Shown here: positions 22,704-35,110 of the stretch, piece by piece
Layout of the letters: the number at the start of each line of letters is the position of its first letter
Numbering within the stretch: the first letter of the stretch is position 1
Assembly: GCA_010356995.1 (NCBI GenBank)
Contig: ML996694.1
Span: forward strand, 371,224-435,223
Reading direction: 5' to 3'
DNA length: 64,000 bases
From: Trichodelitschia bisporula
Lineage: Eukaryota
Made by a program: the position numbers and the translations under genes
Notes under the pieces: generated by a model
Database searches by the model: none
Seen by the model: only the letters and a program-made list of their open reading frames with translations
What the model was told of the DNA's origin: nothing

Positions 22704-23673
22704 CCTCTTTCTACTGCAGCTCTGGACACTGATCAGCTGATGTTGCCAGATGGCATGGCGGATTGGGCATGGACGGTGCGTTTGCAAGAGTTTTGGCGTA
22801 GATTCGGAACCCCTCTGGACAGGGAGACGCTGGAACGTGGGGCTTTAGGCTAGGAACTGACGGGCGGACGAGTGATAAATGCACGAGTGCATGCGCAAGT
22901 TACGTGTCGACGACCCATGAAAACCGTATGGACCTACTGCTAGTTATCCTACACTTCCACGTCTTGTGCTCGTTGGCAGCCTGAGATAGAGGTTCTCTTC
23001 GGGGCAACGAGCAATGACATGGCCGCAACTGGCCGCATTCGGAGCACGTGTATTCTTTGACGCCATCAGTTGGGGGGGCATTCTGGCATGTGATGATGCT
23101 AGTCAGCGTGGGGTTTCTGGGTGGAATAGTCTCACGTGTTGAGTGAGAGATACTTTGGATATCTGCAGTTGTGAGAACCTCGACTGCTGCGTAGGAGCCC
23201 GTGGGTGACAGTGAACGAATTAGAACTAGACGGAAGTCGAGACGAAATCCTGTTATCGCTGACCACACACTGCCCCGCAAGGTCGGTTATTCAATTTTTC
23301 GACTTGGATAAGACTTCCGACAGCAGTAGTGTACAAGCAACGTTTTGAGAATGGCGAGCCATTCGGTTCTTCGGACGCCGACTCGGTTGCAGCCTCGCGG
23401 GCCCCACCACGGTCCTGTCGCCGTATCCCCCGCAGCCGCCGGCCGGGGTGGCCGGACAGTGTGACCACTCGCGTCAGCCGCCCACCAACGTCCACCCATC
23501 ACGCGTGAAATATCTCCAACCGCGACGCGTTCGAGCGCTTCGTACTACAAGATCAAGCGCCAAACACCCGGCCTCAATACCTCTTTTCCTCGTCGCCGTC
23601 CTTCTTCCTCACGCCCGAGAATCGTGGCCCCTCGCTCCTTCTTCGGTCATTCTAAGCTAGCAAGAACTTCAAA

Positions 23674-24678
23674 ATGTCAAAAGTCACCATCGCTATCGTC
23701 GCCGCCGCCAGCGCGGCCACCGGCGCCATCGCGACCGCTGCGCTCTACAGCTCCCGCAAGGTTGCGAACTCCTCAGTCTCTGCATCCTCTGCACCCGTCG
23801 CGCCGGCATGGGCACCTCCTCCTACTGTCTCAAAGCCCGTCCAACCCGCCGTTCAAACCCCTCCCCCACCGCAACTCCCCGGCCCGCCAATCTCGCCAGC
23901 AGCAGTCTTCCAATACGGCCTGACGGGGCCAATCCACGACCAACGGGCCGCAGCCTCGCTATACAGCTCGTACGACCGGCGGACGCGCAACCCCGCCTGG
24001 GTGGCCGAACACATCACCCGAGAGTCACTGGCGAACGGCACTGCGGACCGGAAGCACAGCGTGTTTTCCGAGGATACGGATGTGCCGGAGAAGTTCCGCG
24101 CGCTGCTGAAGGATTACTTCCGGAGCGGGTACGATCGTGGGCATCAGGTTCCCGCCGCCGATGCGAAGTGGAGCCAGCAGGCGATGGATGATACGTTTGT
24201 GCTGAGCAATATTGCGCCGCAGGTTGGGCAGGGGTTTAATCGGGATTACTGGGCGCACTTTGAGGACTTTTGCCGCAGGCTTACGGGGAAGTATCCGAGT
24301 GTCAGGATCGTGACGGGCCCGCTGTACTTGCCAAGACGGGATCCGGACGGCAAGTGGCGCGTTAGCTACGAGGTTATCGGCAGTCCGCCTAGCGTCGCCG
24401 TTCCGACGCATTTCTTCAAGATTCTGTACGCCGAGGATGGGCGGGTTGGCGGCGATGTTGCGCTGGGGGCGTTCGTGCTGCCCAACGCACCGATTCCGAA
24501 CGACAAGCCGCTGAAGGACTTCGAGGTGCCGCTTGAGGCGGTGGAGCGGGCAAGCGGGCTAGAGTTTGCGGAGAAGCTGCCGAGTACTCGGAGAAAGCAA
24601 CTTTGCAAGGAGATAGAGTGCTCCATCATCATCAAGGAGTACAAGCAGCGGCAGCAGGCGTTTTCGAAGAAGGGTTAG
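23674..24678 (+). CDS. NUC1: Mitochondrial DNA/RNA non-specific nuclease (EndoG/Nuc1)
   Basis: SGYDRGHQVPAADAK active-site motif; QGFNRDYWAHFEDFCR; VAVPTHFFK. Confidence 0.95.
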   Translation: MSKVTIAIVAAASAATGAIATAALYSSRKVANSSVSASSAPVAPAWAPPPTVSKPVQPAVQTPPPPQLPGPPISPAAVFQYGLTGPIHDQRAAASLYSSYDRRTRNPAWVAEHITRESLANGTADRKHSVFSEDTDVPEKFRALLKDYFRSGYDRGHQVPAADAKWSQQAMDDTFVLSNIAPQVGQGFNRDYWAHFEDFCRRLTGKYPSVRIVTGPLYLPRRDPDGKWRVSYEVIGSPPSVAVPTHFFKILYAEDGRVGGDVALGAFVLPNAPIPNDKPLKDFEVPLEAVERASGLEFAEKLPSTRRKQLCKEIECSIIIKEYKQRQQAFSKKG

Positions 24679-24968
24679 GTGTGGGCAGTGTGGAGTATGT
24701 CAATGGCGTTTGGCGGCAGCGCTTGTATAACCATTTTCGCCTGCTGAGGAGCGAACGTAGAAGCTGTGTACCTGTAGCTGAACATGATATGGAATCATAG
24801 AGCGGATTGAGCGGTTCAATCCTCCGGAGTGAGATGTTTGCCCCCAGCACCGTCTATGTCATACCGAACTCCGATATTGTACAAAGCCGATGTCGTACCT
24901 AACACCGTGTCGCATGCCATACAGCCCGAGACTCTTTCGCCATTGTCGATCCCATTCAGCTCTTAGAA

Positions 24969-25299
24969 CTACAACTCGGCGCCCCGCGATCCGGCTTCCT
25001 TTTGTATCCGCGCAACATACTGCCGGCTAACCGTGTTCCATGCCGACATGTACTTCTCCATGCAGGATGTGATGCAAGCGTCCTCACCCTTGGAGAGGGA
25101 AGTGCCAGGCTTGGGGATGCAGCGCTCGAAACAATGCTCGTTGATTTTCTGCGCACTGTCAGACACGACCGACCATCTCTTCACCTCGGGACAGAGCCGG
25201 CTAGCATACCTCGATCAAGTGTCTCGCATTTTGAATCGCCGCCGCCTGGCGCACCTCGTTGATGATCTGGGTTTTGACATTGGAGCTGGAGGTCGACAT
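24969..25299 (-). CDS. TIM13: Small Tim chaperone Tim13. Exons 25299-25210, 25148-24969
   Basis: NARHLIE|KINEHCFERCIPKPGTSLS..CITSCMEKYMSAWNTVSRQY twin CX3C motif. Confidence 0.93.
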
Positions 25300-25756
25300 C
25301 GTGCGGAGCGCTAGCTGCAGCTATCGGACGGTTTGACTAGGCGAATGGCGAAACGGCGAGTGAGTTGTGCGTCGGTGTTAAGGTGTCGGAGACGATGAGA
25401 CGTCGTGGGGTTGCCAGCAGTTCATCCAGCGAACTCAACTTTTGCGCGGCGGGCCGGGCGGGGCAAGAATTCCCGCCTTCCTTCGGCTGGACTTGCCACC
25501 GGAGGCTTGTGAAGTGCAAGCTGTCTCCAAGCACTTCACTCACCCTGACGTCTCGAAGCGCCCCGGACTTCTTCCCCTCACATCTGCTGCTGGACATGTG
25601 TGTTGTTGTTCTTTTACTGCCGTCGTCTTTAAGCGAATAAGCTAATTCAAACACTTCTCGAGTCCCTGCTGGGCCGATTCCCCTCTCTTGTCTATCGCCT
25701 TCAAGTCTCAAATAACTTCGAGTACTCGTCCCATCCCGACGGATTTTCAATTCATC

Positions 25757-26881
25757 ATGGTGGTGTGGACAAAATGGCTGGGGTTCGCGGCGGCACTTGC
25801 ATTCACGCCCGCGCTGGCGGACGATAGCGAAATCAAGATGATACCGGTATGAATTCGTGTACTACTCGTACATCCTGTTCGGCAGCTGATGATATGCAGC
25901 TCCGTACCCACAGTTTACAAGCGGTTCGTAGCACACCTTAGCCCATCAGAGCCGCAAACTCATGTATACCCTACTAGCCTTATCTCGATTCCGATATGCA
26001 GAGTCGCTGGTTCGACTTCGGTGGCGACACTGTTGTCCGTACCGACAGATACATCCGCTTGACACCTGAGCTGCCCTCACGAACGGGATGGGTATTCTCA
26101 CGCGTGCCGCTTACGGCGACGAACTGGGAGATTGAAGTGGAGTTCAAGATCCATGGGACGGGAAGCCTGTACGGCGACGGCATGGCCATCTGGCTCACGA
26201 AGCAGCGGGCGCAACCTGGGCCCGTCTTCGGGTCGGTCGACAAGTTCGAGGGCTTGGGCATCTTCGTCGACACGTACAAGAACAACCGTCCGGGCATTGT
26301 GTTTCCCTACGTCATGGCTATGCTCGGCGATGGCAAGACGAGTTACGACAAGGATAATGACGGCAAGTCGAACGAGCTGGCGGGCTGTTCGGTACGTTCG
26401 CTTCTTGTAGTGTCTCCCCGTCTTGATAGGTGTCAGCCTTTGTAGCCATGGCTAACCGTTGCAGGCCCGCGGCATCCGCAGCCAGGAATACCCTACCCGC
26501 ATGCGCCTCACCTACTTCCAGGACAAGTCGCTCACCCTCGATCTGCAATACAAGACCGAGGGCCAGTGGGACAACTGCTTCACCGTAGGACCGGAGGCCA
26601 AGATCCCTTCGGTCGCATACCTGGGTTTCTCGGCGGAAACGGGCGAACTCTCTGACAACCACGACATCATCTCCGTGACGACGAAGAATCTGTACGCGCC
26701 GCCCGTGACGCCTGGTGCGGCAACGAAGAAGGCGGGCGGACCGCTTGGCGGCGCCTCGATGAGCGAGGGTGGCAGCTGGCTTTGGTTCTTCGCTAGGTTC
26801 TTGCTGTTTGGGCTGGCGGTTACGGGCGCGTATGTCGGTTTTACGGCATGGAGGGCTCAGCGTGCTCGGTCGCGGTTTTGA
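25757..26881 (+). CDS. L-type lectin cargo receptor (VIP36/Emp47-like), signal peptide and C-terminal TM. Exons 25757-25846, 25900-25923, 25978-26391, 26465-26881
   Basis: LRTHSLQAPYLDSDMQSRWFDFGG; YGDGMAIW; FVDTYKN; YLGFSAETGELSDNHDII; ends RSRF. Confidence 0.92.
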
Positions 26882-29159
26882 GGGAGGGAATGGGGAGAAG
26901 TGCAGCGGGTGGTGGATGCGTGCGTGTATCTGTGTACACATGGTTTTCCCCTTTCGCAGGGCGTCGGGCGGTGGGAGGTGTGTTATCCGGGCTTCCCTGT
27001 ACGACTAGGTTTTGTGTGTAGAGTCGCGGGCCTTTGGAATGAGCTTTGATGATCCGAATGTGCGGGGTGTGCTTTTCATGAGGGGTGGGGCTCGATGGGT
27101 AGCAACGGTTAGCAGTTGGCACTATCTGAGGATGAGAGATGGATGTGAAGGAGATACCGCTTGAATGGCATTGCTAGGTGGATGATATTATAGCGCGCGC
27201 AGGCATGTCACTCGGCCGATATTTTTATCGCTTGGTGGGTTTATTTTCAACAGTGCACTTGAGACGCTTCTCTCTGGTTGAACGTATTCTGCCACGCCTT
27301 TCCACTGCTATCTGCTGGGGGCCTTGGGTATCGGTGATGCGTACCGCGATGAGCGAGGGGGCTGGGTGGAACTGGCGCCCCCTCTTGACGGGTCTAGGCA
27401 TTTCGAGGACGGGGCCTCCGCTTCTACGGTAGGTCGCTGAGCGCGGTACCGGCGCAGGCATGCGCTAGCTCGTGGTTGGCGGTAGCGGGTACATATCGTG
27501 AGGATTTACCGTAAAATGCCTGCGGGGTGGTCAAACTTGGCATAGCTCTTATTTAGTGGCGGCACTATCGGGCCGATTGCGATGATCGGTTAGCTGGCGT
27601 GGCTGGCATGGCGGAGCCCTAAATTGTTTGTCAAAAGCGGGAGCTAACTTTAGGGGATTCGACGGTACGGAGGTAAAGCGAACGACATGATGAGAGCATC
27701 CTAGGAGCGTTGGAGGTGTTGGGTGTTGGTTGTGCGGGTTGTTGGCCTCTTGTGAACTGCGAGAGGTTGATAAGTGCGGGGGTTGCTGTTGGCGGAGCGG
27801 GGTGCTTGATACGTCTGACTGCACCACCGTACTGGGATGCTCAGCTTGACTTACGGTCGAGCTCAGCTTGAGTTTGAAACGCTAGAGTTTGGGCTGAGGG
27901 ATCAGATAGAGTAGCGGGAGTTGTTGTGGTGCTAAGGGGATCGCGTGCTGTCGTGAAGTAGGGCACTGGATCCTGTGCTGTGTTGTCTTGCTCTTGATGT
28001 GCGCAGTGTTCTAATTCCAGTCTAGTTCTGCAAGGCTGAAAGTCGGGATGGTTGGAACTTTAGCGACTCCTAAACGGCCGCAGCAAAACTCGCTTAAAAT
28101 GATGGCTTGAGGAAGGCTTGTAGAAGGCTTCACGGAAAGCAACAACAAAAGCCATCCGAATTGCTTAGCTCCTCCACACGGCTTGAGAGGCCCAAGGTGG
28201 AAAACAAAATGTGGCACGTTGAGCCGCTTCCTTACTGTACCCGTAGACCGACAGATGTGCGATGAAATACCATGCCATAGAGCGATAGAAGCTGCATAAA
28301 CTCGGTCTGCGGGTACAGCACGTCTGACAAGCGTCGGAGAGAACAGGGAAACATGGCAAGCCATCGGCGACGTCCGCACGTGGGTCCAGCCCGCCACCAA
28401 CACTTCTTTTCGGCTTGGCAGCCACCTTTTCGTAGCCTAGACCTAGTCTCGTTCTAGCGTGCAGGACAACAGCCTTACGGTACAGGGGTGCTGCTAGCTT
28501 AACTGCTTAGCGGAGCATTTCCACAACCCTGGTGTTGGATGCCACGTCCATCAAACCCACGGCCGCTGTTGGATTATTTCCACCCAACACTGCCATGGGA
28601 TTCTTCACTGGCAGGGAGGAGTTTGGTGTACTTCCGTCACCTCGGACCGCTTTGGCTGAATTCCCTCGAAACAAACCGTGGGCCTGGCCAACATGGCGAT
28701 GTTGGTGGCCTCGGGTGATCACCGTAGTCGTTGTCTTGTTGGATGCCCGGTTTGTTAGATCTAGAGCTAGATGCCTTCACATTTAGGCTCTACTAGCATC
28801 CAAAGGCGGCTCTGGACCTTACACCCGATGCCTCGGTGCGTACGATACGCAAGCCATAGCACAGGTCGGGCCTTACATGGATCAGTTGCATGATACCTAG
28901 GCGTTGCAACTCCCCGCTTACCCATTGCGGTTAACTGTTGCAGGTGGATCGCATTGCTTGATGGCATTCCCGACCCAACCTCAGCTTGAGCCTTGCACTG
29001 AGGGTCAAGCCGTGTCGCGTTGTCCGACTTTGCATTCCTTGTCGCTGAGGACAATCCGATGGTTCGGCAACGTCGACAAAAGGTGAGCTGTGTGATATAA
29101 GGAGAGCTTCCTTGGATCTCGAATACTATCAAGCCCCTCTGCAGACAAACGTCACCATC

Positions 29160-31053
29160 ATGCCTTTGTTACAGTCGAAATCCGAGGATGCCCCTCAGCG
29201 TGTGTACAATGAGATGCAGCAGCAGCTCGACGCCTCGGTCACGGTCAAGAGCCCGGCGATAACTATCAGCAGTCAAGTGAGCTTGGAGAAGCCGGAACCC
29301 GACTCCAGGCCAGTGTCGGACGGGGCGCTGGAGTCGGCTGTGAAGCCGGAGCCGGAATGGAAGCCTACGACCCAGGAGTTTCTCATCATGCTTTCCTTGG
29401 CTCTCGTCTCGCTTATGATTGCCTTGGACGCGAATATCATCATCACATCTTTGGGGGTATGTATCTTCCTTTCTGTCGCTGACTGTCTAACTTCCGTCAG
29501 GCTGTCACCAACTCTCTACATGGCAGCACAACAGGGACCTTCTGGATAGGCACTGCCTACCTCTTGACATGTGCCGTCACCATGCCCTTCACTGCCGCCC
29601 TAAGCGACATCTTTGGCCGCTCAATATGTCTCCTTTGCTCACTCGCCATCTTCACCGTCGGCACTGTCTTCTGCGCAATCGCCCAAACCCTGAAAATGAT
29701 GCTTATCGGCCGCTCGATCCAAGGCATTGGTGGCGGAGGCATTATCATCATTGGGCTAGTCGTCTTCACAGACATCGTTCCCCTTCGTTTCCGCTCAAAA
29801 TACTACGGCATCATGTGCGTTCCCTTTCCTCTCCTGCCCTACCCAGCTAACCACCTTCAGTCAAGGCGCCTGGGCCCTGGGAACCTGTCTCGGCCCCATC
29901 ATCGGCGGTCTCTTCGTCACCCGCACAACATGGCGCTGGATCTTCTACATCATGTTTCCCTTCTGCGGTATCGGCTTTGCCACAATCCCCTTCCTGCTCA
30001 CCCTCAAACCGCGCGAGGAGAGCATGCGCGAGAAACTCCTCCGCGTCGATTGGCTCGGCGGCTTTCTCTTTATCTCCTCAAGCACCGCCCTACTCATCGC
30101 CGTCTCGTGGGGCGGGAGTATGTTCGCCTGGGGTAGCTGGCGCACCATTCTCCCTCTCATCCTGGGCGTGGTCGGCCTCGTAGCCACCGGTTTCTGGGAG
30201 CGCTTCGGCGCCCGCGAACCCTTTCTCCGCCACAGCCTGTTCCACTGCCCCAGCGCCTTCGCCGCCTACGCCGGCGCCACGCTGCAAGGCTTCCTCGTTA
30301 GTCCCACCTCCCATGAACTAAACCCTCACTAACACCCCACAGCTCTACGGCGCACTCTATTACGGCCCCCTCTACTTCATGGCCGAGAGGCTAGTGTCCC
30401 CCGTCCAAACGGGCATAAACATGATCACAACCTCCGTGTCCCTAATTCCCGCCTCGATCGCCGTCGGTGTCGCCATCACGCGCCTCAACCACTTCCGCTG
30501 GGCCATCTGGTCCGGCTGGACCATCACAACCATCAGCACGGCGGCCATCTGCGCGTGGGGCGTCAACACGCCCACCGCAGCCTGGGCGGTGAATCTGCTC
30601 GGCCTCGGGCTGGGCCATGGACTCGTGCTCAACTCGCAGAACTTTGCCACTCAGGCGATTGCCCTCTCGCGCGATGAAGGTGCTGCGGCGGCGATGTACG
30701 CCTTCCTGCGCAGTTTTGGTATGGCGCTGGGGGTGGGCGTCGGGGCGAGCGTGTTCCAGAATGTGTTCGCTATGAGACTGGGTGCGATGGGGTTGCCGAC
30801 GGATTTGGCGAACAAGGCGGAGCAGCTCATTTTTGAGCTGCATAAGAGGCCTGCAGGGGATGAATTTCGGAATAAGGTTCTTGAGTGCTATGCCGGTGGG
30901 TTGAGGGGAGTTTTTGCCATGTATGCAGGCGTTGCGCTGCTGGCGGGGCTGTTGAGTCTTGGGATTCGCCATTTCGACTTGAATAAGGAGTTGTCGACGG
31001 ATCATACGCTTGAGGAGACGGGGCTCTCTAAGAGGTTGAATGGGGCAGTGTAA
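29160..31053 (+). CDS. MFS drug:H+ antiporter (DHA2-like) with three introns (29457-29500, ~29815-29860, ~30297-30342)
   Basis: ALDANII; WIGTAYLL; LSDIFGR (motif A); GRSIQGIGGGG; GPIIGG; WRWIFYI; RVDWLG. Confidence 0.92.
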
Positions 31054-31362
31054 TAATAGAACTGGCAGGCATAATATCACGACCGGAGCATTCAGGATGG
31101 TTGGCGTTAATATGGGTATAAACATGATATTTTTACGTTCAGTCAGCTCTCTCCCTCTCGTGAAGTGGTCAAGTGCACATAAAGCATTGTTCATCTCCTT
31201 GACATACCATTATTCGGCTTCGACAATGAAGCACTCTGGGACAGCAACAGGTTAGCTACAGATCACGTGCGAGACTGAGGTCAATGTGGCTGAAGGAGCC
31301 TGGTCCACCCACGGCCAGCGAGAATGGAACGGAGTGCATTACTAACCTTCGAGGTTGAACGC

Positions 31363-31695
31363 TCATGGCATATCCTCAAGCCTAATCCACTCGTTGACCT
31401 GACGCCACCGCAGGAACCTCAGCAGGCGTCGAAGTCCTCCGCCCCATGCCCAGGAAAGCATGCTGGCATATTCGCCTATCCGATCCTGAACGTGGGGCGC
31501 GAGGAACCACAAGCGGTTTGAGATTTGCCGACCCTCATGGGCTTGCGGACGCTGATGGGGCAGAGCCCACCGGCCGTAGTCGGAGATTGCTTCGCGGGCA
31601 TGGACGGTCAGGTACTTAATGGTACATTCCACGCTGTAAAGCGTGAGAATGACACTGCCAAAGGTGAGGAGGAGGATAAGGCCCAGCGGCCACAT
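31363..31695 (-). CDS. Possible small membrane/secreted protein (110 aa) preceded by a 5'UTR intron
   Basis: Hydrophobic N-terminus MWPLGLILLLTFGSVILTLY. Candidate intron 31771-31703 (GTAGGC..GCTGAT..TAG) ends 7 nt before the ATG. No recognised family. Confidence 0.35.
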   Translation of the reverse strand: MWPLGLILLLTFGSVILTLYSVECTIKYLTVHAREAISDYGRWALPHQRPQAHEGRQISNRLWFLAPHVQDRIGEYASMLSWAWGGGLRRLLRFLRWRQVNEWIRLEDMP

Positions 31696-32099
31696 CTCTG
31701 AACTATTTAGGCGACAGGATCAGCAAACGACGCTGGGAAAATCCCAAAAGAGATGGAGGTGCGAGGCCTACCAGCTTTGATGGAATGCTGAGCGGTAAAT
31801 CACGGTTTGGACAGCGGCTGGTTAACGTCGGGCTATAGCTGCAGAATTTGTATGCTTGATCTTCAAGTGTTGAAATGTCGTCGGAGAGAAGTGATAGCTT
31901 TAGGCCTTGAATCTTATCCGGTAATTAGATGGGGTTATGAACCTATGTTGGTGGATTGTCTTGTGAAAGTTGAGAAGGTCTGGGGGAACTCCAACGAAGG
32001 GACGAGCCTCTGGGGAAGTGACTGAGTCACAGGCATCGTGAAAACTTTATGTTGTCTGCCAAAGTTTGCACTATAGTTTTCTAGGGACTGCCAACGAGC

Positions 32100-34569
32100 A
32101 ACGTACCTCAGGACTATAGGTGTCGGAATTTGAGGACGATTGCGGGTGGTCGTGGACATGTTGTGTGTAGCGAGCTCCGGACAGTTGGTCACTTCGTCTT
32201 CTCCAGAAGGCAAGGACGATGCTCCCACCACCACATAGGCCTGCAACCCCTAGCCCATTTACAAAGTGTGCTTCAGCAGCTGGCCCTCGGCTGGCAAGCC
32301 GTACTCCAAATGGCGTTCGATATCTGGTGAACCCCCCTGAAATCGATTCCAGTGACTGCCCGCCAGCCGCACACTTACTACGTCCCAGAGATCTTCCAGC
32401 GTCGCCCCCCCGTGGTTTCCACTCGTACACGCCCTTTCTGCGGATTTAGCAAGCTTCAGAGCGTGAAGGCCTCCGAAAGCGTACAGTGTCCCGGTCGCCG
32501 TCGAAGAGCTCTGGCCTGTCTCGAACATGAGTCCGGAAGCGTTTCCATGCAGAGCCAGTACGCCGAAGGTTTTCGGTAGAGAGATTTAGCTCTCTGGGGG
32601 GCTTGGGAAGCCAGTTGACCTTGCGAGCCGTTGCGCTTGGTACTAGCCTTCCTAAAATTGGGCAGCGCTCGTTCGCCTTCAAATAACTAGGGAAGCCCAT
32701 TTAGACAAGAGGAGGTGAGGGACAAGAGCAATTTAAGAAGAATGTACTAACGCGGCTGCTAGAGGCTCTCGGTGAGCTCTTCAGCCCAGCCTCCTTGCAC
32801 AACACGCCATTTTCGTACTCTACCCTTCGCCTTTACCATCAGCGTCACAGCCGGTCAGGCATAAGCGTGAAGACTTTGCCAAAGAGCCGGAACAACCAAC
32901 ATCAAGGTCGATATGATACGGAGGGGGTGAGGGCACACTCTGAGCCGCAAAGAAAGAACGGCCTGGAACAGCAACGCGGACAAGATGGCAGACTTGCAGA
33001 ATAGCTTCATTGTTCTCAGAAGTTGCAACCGTGTAGATGCTACGGGAGACACGAGGGACTCATGGGCCCAACAGAGTATAATGCAAGAATCAGAAATAGC
33101 CTTAATACTTTCAGCCAGAGCCTAGCCCGCCGATTTCCCTTCGCCATCGCCATGCACTTTCTCCACGCAGCCTCGCGCCGGTTATTGTCTCTTAGGTCCA
33201 TTAGGACGATCCACAAGGTTATGGCGGCCATACAGTTCCGGGGCCAGCTCATGGCGAGCGTACCGGGTGTCCTTTTGAAGGTTCTACGGTGGTTGACAAA
33301 CTAGAGGCGGGTTCCCACCACGCTCGAAGATGAAGTCCTGGGTTCAATCATGATTCAAGGGTAAGGGCGGACGGCCCCAGTACCTCGCACTTCCGTTCCT
33401 TCGTGAGGCGCTCAGCCACTTCATCCTCCAAAAAGCGATGCAGAGCGAGAGAGGTAGTGGAGAGTCGTGGTGGTTTGGTTGCTTCAAACATTGCCCCGTC
33501 CGAGTTTATGGAGGCGCTGCGCCAGGCACGGATGAGGTGTTTATCAGTGACTTAGACCAGTTCAGTGTGGGAGTTTATAGCAGATAATGTACCCTTACCG
33601 TCTCCCGTCACATCCACCCGTCTATCCAGCTGAAGGCGCAACACCATGTATGAGCTTTAATGATAGTTAAGCATCTATGCATACAACCTTTCCATGCACT
33701 GCCAACTCTCAGCCTACCTCCGCTCCTGCTATATAGTAGAATCTAGAAAAAAGCTATAACGAGCAGAGCCAGGTATATAGTGCGACAGTGTAGAAGGATG
33801 GAGCAGTTTGTAGATGCGAGGTTGTGCAGTTGTGGCCCCTGCCTTGGGCAAGGCGGACCGATATAGGACATCCGATGACGTTCTTCTCCAGAGCCGCAAT
33901 TCCGGACTCGATAGCAAACGTTCGTCTTGGGTATGGGTGGTAAATATAAGGTCCGATTTGAGCGGAGTGTAGAGTCGTTATAGTTTTGTTGGTCGACTGG
34001 CGAAAAGGGAGTGTGATGACGATGCGGGTCTGCGGCGGGAGGGCACTCTCGTCCCGAACCCGTTCCTTTATACGGCGCAGCGCGCTCTGGCCGACCGGCC
34101 GCTTACATATCGCGCGAGTAACGTTTTTCTATGTCTTCATCGAATGCTCGCGCTGGAGAAACGGTAGGAGTTCAACTATATCCTGGAAGGAAACGAGACT
34201 TAGCAGATGCCCAAACAGAAAGGTAACAGGAAGACCGACTGCCCCATGCCAGCGTTCAATTTGCCGGTCGCTTAAGGGAGCATCGCGCGTATAAGAGCCA
34301 CGACTGCGCAGTCCTGTTGGTGCAGATGATGAGTCGGAGCCTCCACCTTGCGGGCCACGAGGATTGTCAGTATAGTTTGGCCTATATTCGTTACTTCGGT
34401 ATGGCGAGTCCTGCGCGAACGCCCCGGACACGCGGCGGTCCGGATAGCATGGCGGAGTACGGTCGTGCTGATTCAGTGCCGTCACGACAGCGTCGGCGTC
34501 AACTGGGGTGCTTATCCGGGAAACCTGCAGGCGTAGACGTCACCTTTGGTATAAAGGGTTATGCGACAT
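32100..34569 (-). pseudogene. Putative decayed or stop-interrupted multi-exon gene (lower boundary approximate)
   Basis: One frame 34569-33754 is open except for TGA (34542-34540) and TAG (34131-34129). Several fungal-type intron signals lie on the same strand. Confidence 0.3.
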
Positions 34570-34715
34570 CGAGCCGTAGAGTTAAAGAGAGGATAGCGTA
34601 TGATGTATTTATAGTGGTTGGTGGGGCTCGCTATAGAGGAGCGAGGAGGGTCATGGTGGAGATACAGTTGAGACGAAGAGGAGGAAGAACTCAGGCAAAC
34701 TCCATAGCCGTCGTT

Positions 34716-34773
34716 TACCGCGGCTGTATTCAGAATTCACCATCTACCGCGGCTGTGCTAAGAATTCACCATC
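34716..34773. repeat. Two tandem copies of a 29-bp unit (TACCGCGGCTGTnnTnAGAATTCACCATC)
   Basis: Directly visible duplication. Confidence 0.85.
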
Positions 34774-35110
34774 TACGCAGCCATGATTGTGCACCTGTGC
34801 CACGATTGTGCTCATCAGGCGCACCAGGTGAAGTCGCAATGTTGTTCCCAGCCGCATAGCCACGTCCCCATTCAAAAAGAGACATAAGATTATTTACCTA
34901 GATCACAAGATCTGTCCTGTGTCTGAGCCTGGGACGGCAGCCAAAGCGTATCAGATGCGGGGGTCTGTCAGCTCTTCATGTCCTCCGCAGTTCGAATCAG
35001 ATTCCCAGAGACTGCACTGATGGTCTTCAGTTATCAAGTGTTGTATTTGATATGTCATGAGTGATATTCAATCAAGTGACTTGGTTATGGAATGTACCGG
35101 ACCACAGCTC

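Noticed and set aside
34716..34773. 29-bp direct repeat as a CRISPR-like array
   Set aside because: Only two adjacent copies, no spacers, and a eukaryotic context. Simple tandem duplication.
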